53,945 nucleotides of DNA from an uncultured Gemmatimonadota bacterium (GTDB taxonomy: Bacteria > Gemmatimonadota > Gemmatimonadetes > Palauibacterales > Palauibacteraceae): assembly GCA_964550085.1 (NCBI GenBank), contig CAZJXR010000005.1, positions 1 through 53,945 of the forward strand. The letters run 5' to 3'. The notes beneath the pieces are model-generated. The model was not told the DNA's origin. It ran no database searches and saw only the letters and a program-made list of their open reading frames with translations. The number at the start of each line of letters is the position of its first letter. Position 1 is the stretch's first letter. The position numbers were made by a program, and so were the translations under genes. Positions 38,243 through 46,543 of the stretch are shown piece after piece.

Positions 38243-39787
38243 TTAGCCGATCACGAAGGCGCTCGCCCCCGTGCGGCCCTCGCGGTAGAAAGTGACCACA
38301 ATACGGCCGCCCGAGTAATAACGCACGAGTTCCGCCACCTGGGCGGCGTCGCTCACCTCGCTCCGGTTGATGGCCAGGATGACGTCGCGCTCGCGCAGAC
38401 CGGTCGCGGCCCGCGCGCGGCTGTCGATCCGCACGATGAGGGCGCCGTGCTCGATCGGCACCCCGCGCTCGATGGCGATCTCCGCTGTCAGCGTGATAAG
38501 CTCCAGGCCGGCGAGCGCCTCGATGCGCTCTGCACCCGCGGAGGGGATCTCCGCCACTCGGAGTCGGGCGGTGCGGGGCGATCCACCCCTCAGGTAAGCG
38601 AGGGCGACCTCCGCTCCGACCTCGGTGTCGTAGAGGGCTACGGTCCAATCCACCGCCCCGTCGATCAACTCGTCGTCGAGCCGAGTGATGATGTCGTTCG
38701 CCCGAAGGCCCGCACCTGCCGCCGGCGAGTTGGGTGCCACCCGTCGCACTACCGGTCCACGGGTCGAGTCGGACTCGGTGACGTCAAGACCGAGCCACGG
38801 GCGACGGATGCGACCGTACGCAATGAGCTCGCGCGCGATCCGCATCGCGCGATCGATCGGAATCGCGAAGCCGAGGCCTTCCGATCCCCCGGAGCGAGAG
38901 AAGATAGAAGAGTTGATTCCGACCACCTGGCCGTCCGCATTCAACAGCGGGCCGCCCGAGTTGCCGGGGTTGATCGAGGCGTCGGTCTGAATCATGTCGC
39001 CGTAAAGGCGCTCCTGCGGATCCTCGGGCAGGATGTTGCGCCCGACGCCGGAGATGACGCCGGTAGTCACCGTCGCTTCGGAGTTGGCCAGCAGGTAGCC
39101 GAACGGGTTTCCGATCGCGATCGCCGGCTCGCCCACCATCAGATCGGTGGAGGTGCCGAGCGGTGCCGGCGGGACCGCGCCCGGTTCGATCTTGATCAGG
39201 GCCACGTCCGAGAGGATGTCCTCCCCGACCAGCTCGGCGGGGTAGGTGCGTCCCTGGGCGTCGGCGACCACGATCTCGAGCGCATTGTGGACGACATGCT
39301 GATTGGTGAGGACGTGCCCGTCGTCGTCGATCGCGATGCCGGAGCCAAGTCCCTTGACGGTGCGCTCGTAACCGCGCGGAACGAAGAACTGCTCGAACAG
39401 GGAGGTGCCCCGAACCTCCTCGCGCCGGAGTACGTTGACGCTGACGACGGATGGGATGACGCCCGAGACGGCCGCCACGATCGGGGTATAACGGCGGCTG
39501 CTGCCCTGCTGGGGTCGTGATTGAGGCAGGTCGGTCGGCAGCGGTTTGAGCGGCGCGGCCGTATTGGCAATCGCTTGCGGGTCAGTCGGTGCCGCTCCGC
39601 CGTCTGCCACCTCGATCGCCCGCGCTTCGCGGGCGGCAACGGCGTCGGACCGCGCTGGGGCCAGGTAACCGATGGCGATGCCGGCGACCGACGCGACCGC
39701 CAACACCGCTACCAGCCATCCGAGGACCGGTCGCATTCCGGTCCGCGGTACCGCACGCGGGGGTCGACCCGCGTCTCTAGGGGTCAT
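38243..39787 (-). CDS. HtrA/DegP-like serine protease with two PDZ domains
   Basis: N-terminal TM, GLGSG, TNQHVV, SDVAL, QTDASINPGNSGG, two PDZ-like segments. ATG at 39787 overlaps the truA TGA. Confidence 0.93.
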   Translation of the reverse strand: MTPRDAGRPPRAVPRTGMRPVLGWLVAVLAVASVAGIAIGYLAPARSDAVAAREARAIEVADGGAAPTDPQAIANTAAPLKPLPTDLPQSRPQQGSSRRYTPIVAAVSGVIPSVVSVNVLRREEVRGTSLFEQFFVPRGYERTVKGLGSGIAIDDDGHVLTNQHVVHNALEIVVADAQGRTYPAELVGEDILSDVALIKIEPGAVPPAPLGTSTDLMVGEPAIAIGNPFGYLLANSEATVTTGVISGVGRNILPEDPQERLYGDMIQTDASINPGNSGGPLLNADGQVVGINSSIFSRSGGSEGLGFAIPIDRAMRIARELIAYGRIRRPWLGLDVTESDSTRGPVVRRVAPNSPAAGAGLRANDIITRLDDELIDGAVDWTVALYDTEVGAEVALAYLRGGSPRTARLRVAEIPSAGAERIEALAGLELITLTAEIAIERGVPIEHGALIVRIDSRARAATGLRERDVILAINRSEVSDAAQVAELVRYYSGGRIVVTFYREGRTGASAFVIG

Positions 39788-40614
39788 GCTTCCAGGTGCG
39801 AAGAGTACTCCGGCTGCAATCGCTTGCCGAGCACACGATCCGGTCGGTTCCATTCAGAGCCGAACCGAACGCCCGTCAGATACAGCCCGCACGCCGGGGC
39901 AGGGACCGGCGGTCGCACGCCTGAGGCTCCGGCCACGAGCAGCTCGACCTCGTGCGCCGACCGCCGGCCGAGCGTCACCTCGACGAGCGTGCCCACGACG
40001 TATCGTACCATGTGGTGCAGGAATCGGTCCGCGACCATGGTGAATCGCAGGTGGGCGTCGGGATCGCGGGTCCAGTCGGCCCGTTCCACGCGGCATCTCG
40101 TTCCGCGCTCCGGCTGCCCCGACTTAGCGAGCGCCCGAAAGTCGTGTTCCCCGATGAGGACGCTCGCGCACTCAACCAGCGTGCGCTCGTCCAGCGGTCG
40201 GGCGATCGCCCATAGCCGCTTCGACCAGATTGGCGAAGCGGAGTCCGGCAGCACACCCAGCACGTACTCGTAGCGTCGGGCGGAGGCGTCGAACCGTGGA
40301 TGAAAGGTGGGAGGAGCCGGGTTCACGGCCTCCACCCACACGTCGTTGGGAAGCAGGGCGTTGAGCGCTCCGCGCAGCTCTCCCGCGGTCCAGCGGTGCG
40401 TCGCGTTGAAGGCGATCTCCTGTGCGGTCGCGTGGACGCCCGTGTCGGTTCTTCCGGCCGCATCGACTCGCGTCGGGTGGCCGAACAATCGAGTGAGGCG
40501 GGTCTCGATCTCTCCCTGGACGGTTCGATGATGTGGCTGGACCTGCCAACCGTGAAAGTTGGATCCCTCGAAATGAACCGTCGCGCGGAACCGTATGCTG
40601 GGGGGTGTCGCCAC
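39784..40614 (-). CDS. truA: tRNA pseudouridine(38-40) synthase
   Basis: GWQVQ, AGRTDTGVHA catalytic Asp, FHPRFDA, FLHHMVR, APACGLYL. Confidence 0.97.
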   Translation of the reverse strand: MATPPSIRFRATVHFEGSNFHGWQVQPHHRTVQGEIETRLTRLFGHPTRVDAAGRTDTGVHATAQEIAFNATHRWTAGELRGALNALLPNDVWVEAVNPAPPTFHPRFDASARRYEYVLGVLPDSASPIWSKRLWAIARPLDERTLVECASVLIGEHDFRALAKSGQPERGTRCRVERADWTRDPDAHLRFTMVADRFLHHMVRYVVGTLVEVTLGRRSAHEVELLVAGASGVRPPVPAPACGLYLTGVRFGSEWNRPDRVLGKRLQPEYSSHLEA

Positions 40615-40712
40615 GGCGCCAAGCTACCGGCGTCTCGTTCGGGGTGTCAAGGACGAGAGATTGGCGCGTCCGAACCCTCCGCTTTCGGCCCCTCGATGGT
40701 CCCTGAACCCGG

Positions 40713-41324
40713 TCAATATCGGCGGATCACGCCGACCACGATCCCGCGCACGCGCACGCGTGACTCGGGATACAGCATCGGGGAAAGATCCGGGTTGGCC
40801 GGCTGCAGTCTCACCATGCCGTTCGCCTCGCGGTAATACTTCTTCATGGTGGCGTTTTCCCCATCAGTGAGTGCGATCACCATCTCTCCGTTGTGGGCCA
40901 CGTCCCGGGTCTGCACGATGACGTAGTCCCCGTCGCGGATCTGTTCGTCGATCATCGAGTCTCCGCGAACCCGGAGCACGTAGTGGGCTCCGGGAGAGCC
41001 GGCGACGAGGTCCTCCGGAACCGAAATCGCCTCCGGGGTCTCGATCGCCTCGATTGGCTCGCCGGCCGCGACCGTGCCGAGCAGCGACAGCTCGACCGCT
41101 GCGAGTCGCATGTCGGCGCGCACGAGCTCGATCGAGCGGCTCTCGTTGTAGCTCTTCCGGATGTACCCCTTCATTTCGAGGTTGGAGAGGTGCTCGTGGA
41201 CGGTAGCCAACGACCGGTAGCCGAAGTACCCGGCGATCTCTTCGAAGCTGGGAGAGTAGCCGTTCGCTTCGAGAAAACTCTCGACGTAATCGAGGATCTC
41301 TTTCTGTCGCCGGGTCAGCGCCAT
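40713..41324 (-). CDS. lexA: SOS repressor LexA
   Basis: GGAG then ATG at 41324. LTRRQ winged HTH, VAAG cleavage site, GDSM catalytic Ser, TMKK catalytic Lys. Confidence 0.98.
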   Translation of the reverse strand: MALTRRQKEILDYVESFLEANGYSPSFEEIAGYFGYRSLATVHEHLSNLEMKGYIRKSYNESRSIELVRADMRLAAVELSLLGTVAAGEPIEAIETPEAISVPEDLVAGSPGAHYVLRVRGDSMIDEQIRDGDYVIVQTRDVAHNGEMVIALTDGENATMKKYYREANGMVRLQPANPDLSPMLYPESRVRVRGIVVGVIRRY

Positions 41325-41348
41325 CTCCGCTCCCCTCCGGGGTCGGTA

Positions 41349-41390
41349 CCGAATGGAAACCGAAAGAAAGGTACCCGAACAGGAACCGAA
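41349..41390 (-). promoter_or_regulatory. Two candidate LexA operators, TTCGG-N6-TTCGG (41349-41364 and 41375-41390)
   Basis: Plus strand reads CCGAA-TGGAAA-CCGAA and CCGAA-CAGGAA-CCGAA, 25-66 bp upstream of lexA, overlapping its predicted promoter. Confidence 0.75.
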
Positions 41391-41396
41391 AAACAA
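41368..41396 (-). promoter_or_regulatory. Sigma-70-type promoter of lexA
   Basis: Minus strand TTGTTT (41396-41391), N17, TACCTT (41373-41368). Confidence 0.6.
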
Positions 41397-41550
41397 GGCC
41401 CCGTGGATTCACCGAGGGGGGCCGCGTAACTTCGCCCCTGGGCTGACCGGTCGGTTCGCCCGGGTGCGGCGGGCGCATCTGGACGGACGGGCCGAGCCCG
41501 GCCCGCGAATCGTGGAGAGAGGGGGTTCGGCGACCAATGGGTGACTGTTG

Positions 41551-44505
41551 ATGACACGCGGGGCGATGCGGGCACGGAGCAGCGCCATCGCGAAGCTGGT
41601 CGGCGGAATCGCCATCCTGGCCCCGTGGGGCGTCGGCTGCCTGCGTGCCCAAGAGCCGGACCGTGCCGTCCGCATGACGCCCGCCCTCCGCTCGGCGCTC
41701 TTCGACCTCCGAAGCGGGGAGCGGCTCTCCGTCATCGTGGAGCTGGAGCGGGTCGCGCCAGCCGGAGGCGAGATCGTGGCGTTGCGGAGTCAGGCGGCGC
41801 TACTGCTGGCGCCGATCACCGAGGAGGCCGATCGCGGCGAGTTTACTCTCCTCGAGCGCTGGTGGGTGGTTCCGGCCGCGCTGGTGGAAGCCGACTCGGC
41901 CGCGATCGAGGCGCTGGCGATGCGGCCGGACGTCCGCCGCATCTACTTGGACGACCGCATTCCGGTCTCGCTCGAGCCGTCCCGTTCCGTGGCGGCGAAC
42001 GCCAGCTTCGTCTCGGCGGCCATGCAGACCGTCGGCGCCGACGCGGTGTGGCCCGCGGGGGTGACGGGTGAAGGGGTAACGGTCGCCATATTCGACAGCG
42101 GGGTCGAGGTCGACAACGCCATGCTCGGCGGTCGGTGGCGCGGTCACCGCACCTCCATACGAGCGAGCTGGTTCGACCCCTTCTACGGCGCGTCGAAACC
42201 GGTCGATCGCATCGGGCACGGCAGCCAGGTAGCGGCGGCGGCGGTCGGCGCGCTGGCGACCGGCGATTCCCTCCTCATGCCCGACGGCTCCGTCGTCGTG
42301 GCTGCCAGCGACATCGATGTGGTGACGGGGACCGCACCCCGCGCCGAGTGGATCGCGGCTCGCATCTTCGACCTTTTCGGCGGAGCGGTGTACACGCGGC
42401 GCTCGGTGATCCTGCAAGCGTTCCAGTGGGCCCTCGATCCGGATGGCGATCCGCGCACCGACGACGCGCCCGCGGTGATCAACAACAGCTGGGGCGCGCT
42501 CGATCCGCAGGACTTCGATGTGTGCAATGACATCGTCTACACGGCCATCGATGCGGCGGAAGCGGCCGGAATCGCGGTCGTGTTCGCTGCCGGCAACTTC
42601 GGGCCGGATCCGGAGACGGTGATCGCCCCCGCCGCCCGCGACGACCCCGAACTGGTCAGCTTCGCCGTCGGGGCGACCGAGGGCACCGGGTCCTCGGTCA
42701 CGGTCGCGGACTTCAGCTCGCGCGGCCCCTCGCCGTGCGGGGGTGGCATCAAGCCGAACATGGTGGCGCCCGGTCGCGTGCCCGAGGTGCGAACGGCGAC
42801 CGCGGGGGCGGCCCGGTTGACAGGGTTTTCCCTCACCGGAACCTCGTTCTCGACCGCCATCGTCTCTGGGGCGTTGGCACTGGTGCGGCAGGCACGTCCC
42901 GGGGCCACGCCGAAGCAGGCCAAGGAGATTTTGCTCGCCACCGCGCGCAGCGTCGACCCGCCCGAGCCTAACAACAACTCGGGCGCAGGGCTGCTGGACG
43001 TGCCGGCCGCGGTCCAGCAGGCGAATCCGGGCTTCGCCGGCCCGCTGGTCCAGATCGAGGCAGTCGAGCGGGAGGCCGGCGCCTTGCACGTCACGCTCGC
43101 CAACCGCGGCACGCTTCTGTTCGAGGGCGGTCGCTTGGCGGCGGAGGTGGGGGCTCGTCCGGTGGCCTCGGTTGCCGTCGGCCGGCTCGATCCGGGCGAG
43201 CGGCGCACGGTCGGCCTCGAGATCGGCAACGCGCACAGCCGGCGGGCCATCCGCCTGCTGGTCGCCGACGGCACCGGCCGCCCTCTGGTGACGCGCACCC
43301 TGCTCGGTGCTCCGCCCGATCTCACTGGCGGGTTCGTGCTCACCGCGGGTGGGCTGGAAGCGGGTGGAAACGACTTCGGTCGCCTGGGGCAGATCGCGGC
43401 CCCGCGGGGATTCGTGTTCCGGGGCCAAGACCTCCTCACCGGAGGCTCCTTCTTTTTGGCCGCCAATGGCAGGATCTCGGATGGAATCTACCTGACCGTA
43501 GAGGGGCTGCCGGGGCTCAAGGCCGAGCCGCCCGCCGCCGAGACGGATTGGGCCCCCGTGCGCCACCTTACCGATGTGAGCGCGGCCGAAGTCACCTTCC
43601 AGTTCGACGACGGCGAGGCGCTCGTCCCGCTCGGCGTCTCGGTGGACGTCCGCATGCAGGCTTCCGAGCAGAGCGGGGTGGCGGCGCTCGAGGTCGTGGC
43701 CGTGGTGCGCAACACGGGCACGCGGGCTCTGTCCAACGTTTCGCCGGGCGTGTTCGCAGATTGGGACCTGGCGGGTGGGGAGACGGTCGAGTACTCGGTC
43801 GAGAACGAAGCCCTTATCGCCCGCCCGTTGGCGGGCGGCCCCGAGGTTGCGATCCTCGCCGGCGAGGGAGCTCCTCGCGGTTTCGCCGCGGTGCCGCTCG
43901 GCACGCCCGATCCGTTCGGGTCGTATGTGGCGGGCAGCGGGGTGCTGGCCGACGGTGAGTTCGCGGATTCGACCAAGGCCAGACTGGCCGAAGGTGGCAC
44001 AGCCGCCAATCTGCCCGGCGCGGGAACGGCGGAGGATCAGTCGCAGCTCTTGAGCGTGGGTCCGCTCGCGATCGCCATCGGCGCCAGCGAGCTGGTGCGC
44101 TTCTGGCTGCTGGTGGCGGACGACGAGAGCGCGGCCGTCGCGCGGCTGACCGAGCTTCGCGCCGCGGCTCCGATCCCCCCGCCCACGCCGGGGCCGGGGC
44201 TGGGTCTGGTCCTGTTGCCGCCCTTTCCCAACCCGCTCACCATCGGGCAGGGAAGCGTCAGTTTTCCGTACACGGTGTCCGATCGGCTGCGGCGACCGGG
44301 GGCGGAGATCGTGTTCGAGATCTACGATGTGTCGGGCCGGCGGCTCGTCTCGCAGACCCTCCCGATCGGTGGAGCCGGTCCCCTGACCGTCCCCACCTGG
44401 GACGGGATGCTCGGCGGCTCCCGGCCGGCGGCGGCCGGCGTGTATCCGTATGTCTTCCGTCTCGGTGACCAGACGCAGTCGGGTCGAATCATGCTTCTGC
44501 ACTGA
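41551..44505 (+). CDS. Secreted S8 (subtilisin-like) serine protease with C-terminal FlgD-Ig/T9SS-CTD-like domain
   Basis: Signal peptide, prodomain, triad FDSG / GHGS / GTSF, oxyanion AAGN, INNSWG. Tail PFPNP...IYDVSGR...WDG...GVY. Start could be 41548, 41551 or 41566. Confidence 0.9.
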   Translation: MTRGAMRARSSAIAKLVGGIAILAPWGVGCLRAQEPDRAVRMTPALRSALFDLRSGERLSVIVELERVAPAGGEIVALRSQAALLLAPITEEADRGEFTLLERWWVVPAALVEADSAAIEALAMRPDVRRIYLDDRIPVSLEPSRSVAANASFVSAAMQTVGADAVWPAGVTGEGVTVAIFDSGVEVDNAMLGGRWRGHRTSIRASWFDPFYGASKPVDRIGHGSQVAAAAVGALATGDSLLMPDGSVVVAASDIDVVTGTAPRAEWIAARIFDLFGGAVYTRRSVILQAFQWALDPDGDPRTDDAPAVINNSWGALDPQDFDVCNDIVYTAIDAAEAAGIAVVFAAGNFGPDPETVIAPAARDDPELVSFAVGATEGTGSSVTVADFSSRGPSPCGGGIKPNMVAPGRVPEVRTATAGAARLTGFSLTGTSFSTAIVSGALALVRQARPGATPKQAKEILLATARSVDPPEPNNNSGAGLLDVPAAVQQANPGFAGPLVQIEAVEREAGALHVTLANRGTLLFEGGRLAAEVGARPVASVAVGRLDPGERRTVGLEIGNAHSRRAIRLLVADGTGRPLVTRTLLGAPPDLTGGFVLTAGGLEAGGNDFGRLGQIAAPRGFVFRGQDLLTGGSFFLAANGRISDGIYLTVEGLPGLKAEPPAAETDWAPVRHLTDVSAAEVTFQFDDGEALVPLGVSVDVRMQASEQSGVAALEVVAVVRNTGTRALSNVSPGVFADWDLAGGETVEYSVENEALIARPLAGGPEVAILAGEGAPRGFAAVPLGTPDPFGSYVAGSGVLADGEFADSTKARLAEGGTAANLPGAGTAEDQSQLLSVGPLAIAIGASELVRFWLLVADDESAAVARLTELRAAAPIPPPTPGPGLGLVLLPPFPNPLTIGQGSVSFPYTVSDRLRRPGAEIVFEIYDVSGRRLVSQTLPIGGAGPLTVPTWDGMLGGSRPAAAGVYPYVFRLGDQTQSGRIMLLH

Positions 44506-46246
44506 GGGCGGGGTCGTCGCCCGACCGCCCCAACCCGCGCAGTAGGTCCTCGTCCGGCTCCACGAACAGCGTCGTCACCCGGTCGGGTGTCACCGCGCCC
44601 GGCGCCGCCTTGCGCGGCTTCCGCACGTACTTTCGACGCGTCCAGTCGACCGCAACCGTGCCGCTGTGCCGTGCCTCGCTGTGAACGGCAGCCGCGACGG
44701 CAGCCTCCAGGAGGTCGCGCTGCGGGGGGTTCGCGTCCGCGCGGCCCCAACGGAGGATGACGTGTGCGCCCTTCGACTGACGGGCGTGGAGCCAGATGTC
44801 CTCCGGTGCCGAATGGTGAAAGGTGAGCGCGTCGTTGTGGCGCGCTCCGCGGCCGACCCGGATCTCCAGCCCGCCGCTCGACGCGTAGGTCCGGTACGGA
44901 AGGGACGGGGAGCGTCGGGGCTGTCGGCGCGTCCTCTCGTGTCGTCCTCCTGCCAATCGCCACGACGCTTCGAGCAGGCTCGGGTCTCGACCCGCGTCGT
45001 CTGCCACCCGGACCGCCTGCTCGCGCACCCGCCGGATCTTCGAGTCCAAACGAGCGATGCGGGCCGGAAGATCGGCTTCGGCGCGCCGCCGACGCCCCGC
45101 CTGCTGGTAGTAGCGCTCCGCGTTGGCCGCCGGCGCGAGCCGTGGGTCGAGCTCGATGTCGCGCTCTCGGCCCTCGAAGTCGCGCACCCGGGCAACCGAA
45201 TCCCCTCGTCGCACTTCGTTCAAGCGGGCCAGGATCAGGTCGCCGATCGACTGCAGCTCCGCCGCGTCCGGGCCCCGCCGCAGCTCTCGTTCGAGCGCCG
45301 CCCGCCGCCGCTCGAGGTGCCGTGCGCGCCGCTCGAGCGCGTCGATCACCGCCGCACGATCGAGGTCTGTCCCTCGGTCGAGCACCCGAAGCCGCTCGAC
45401 ACGGCCGGCGTCTTCGCCCGAGCCGACGGCGCGCTCCGTGATGCCCGGCCGCGCGTCGTCGAAGGCGAGACGCATGGCTGCGAGCAAAGAGGCGGCGGAC
45501 GTCGCGCCCGGGTCAAATAGAGAGAAGGGATACGGCTGGCGTCCCCACTTGCGGGGTACCAGCCACCCCTCCGCGCCGGGGTCCGCGCGCAGAGAAGCAT
45601 AACGCGTGTGCGCGTGCTCGAGACGTGTTGCTTCTCTCTCCGTCGTCCCCTCGCCCAGAACGTAATCCACGTTGATGGCGCTGGTGTAAGCGATCTCCCG
45701 CAGAAGAAAGCCACGCAGCGCGTCGGGCGGAACACCGCCCAGCACGTCCCGCCACTCCGTCACCGTCGGCGGAGCCTGCGCGAACCGACGCGCCCCGGAG
45801 CGGCGCTCGTACGTCGAGCCGGGTCGCACGGGGCGTCGACCAGCGACGCGCACCGACAGGACGGCCTGCGCCCGGTCGTCCGTGGAATCGACGAGGATCG
45901 CGTTCCGTCGATTGGCGGGCAGCTCGAAGACGAGGCGCTGTCGCACGCCGCCACGCCGCCCCGCAAGCTCGACCTCCAGCTGCCGCTCGTCGGGCGGCGC
46001 GATCACGCGACCGATCGAAAGGCCGCGCAGCGGTGTGAACGAGCCGGCCGCGAGGGGGCCGTCGAGGAGCACATAGCCGTCTTCGGGGTGCAGGAACACC
46101 ACCAAAGTGGCGCCATCGTCGAACGCGAGGCCGACCACCTGCCGCTTCCGGTCGATCACCAGCCGTCGGGCACGGCGATCGCAGAGAGCTTCGCTCAGCT
46201 CCTGCGCCAGAGCTCGACACAACACCGGATCGAAGCGAACGCTCAC
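44489..46246 (-). CDS. rqcH: NFACT family protein, RqcH/FbpA-like ribosome quality control factor
   Basis: GTG at 46246 (MSVRFDPVL). NFACT-N, coiled coils, IELDPRLAPAANAERYY, NFACT-R with VGRGARHND and WLHARQSKGAHV, VDWTRRKYVRKP. 3' end overlaps the S8 gene by 17 bp. Confidence 0.88.
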   Translation of the reverse strand: MSVRFDPVLCRALAQELSEALCDRRARRLVIDRKRQVVGLAFDDGATLVVFLHPEDGYVLLDGPLAAGSFTPLRGLSIGRVIAPPDERQLEVELAGRRGGVRQRLVFELPANRRNAILVDSTDDRAQAVLSVRVAGRRPVRPGSTYERRSGARRFAQAPPTVTEWRDVLGGVPPDALRGFLLREIAYTSAINVDYVLGEGTTEREATRLEHAHTRYASLRADPGAEGWLVPRKWGRQPYPFSLFDPGATSAASLLAAMRLAFDDARPGITERAVGSGEDAGRVERLRVLDRGTDLDRAAVIDALERRARHLERRRAALERELRRGPDAAELQSIGDLILARLNEVRRGDSVARVRDFEGRERDIELDPRLAPAANAERYYQQAGRRRRAEADLPARIARLDSKIRRVREQAVRVADDAGRDPSLLEASWRLAGGRHERTRRQPRRSPSLPYRTYASSGGLEIRVGRGARHNDALTFHHSAPEDIWLHARQSKGAHVILRWGRADANPPQRDLLEAAVAAAVHSEARHSGTVAVDWTRRKYVRKPRKAAPGAVTPDRVTTLFVEPDEDLLRGLGRSGDDPALSAEA

Positions 46247-46374
46247 CGGACACCCCGAACGAGCTGTTCGCGCGACGAGAGGTCTCGGCACATCTTCGGC
46301 TCGGTAACAGCCCCTCCCAGCGAGTGGGAGCTCGGCGACGAGAAGGGTCCGCACCTCATATTCGGCTCGGCGTC

Positions 46375-46495
46375 CCCTCACCGTGGTAGCGGGATCTCCT
46401 CTCCTCACCACGCGCTTTGGGCGCGGAGCCTCCTCGCTTTGCTGTGGGGTCTCCGCGCCGTCGCGCGAACGGTTCGTCGCGGAGATCCTGCTCCC
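46375..46495. repeat. ~120-bp palindromic dispersed element (REP/MITE-like), copy 2
   Basis: Same orientation as 9646-9765. Termini GGTAGCGGGATCTCC / GGAGATCCTGCTCCC. Internal stem GGCGCGGAG/CTCCGCGCC. Confidence 0.85.
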
Positions 46496-46543
46496 ACTGG
46501 GCACGCCGGCGACCGCCAGCGAGGGCGAACCCGCGGCCCTGCA

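Noticed and set aside
41800-44502. 900-aa minus-strand ORF, and similar long antisense ORFs (87-1607, 14352-16427, 28947-31040, 52447-53868)
   Set aside because: Each mirrors a well-supported gene on the opposite strand and has no recognisable domain.
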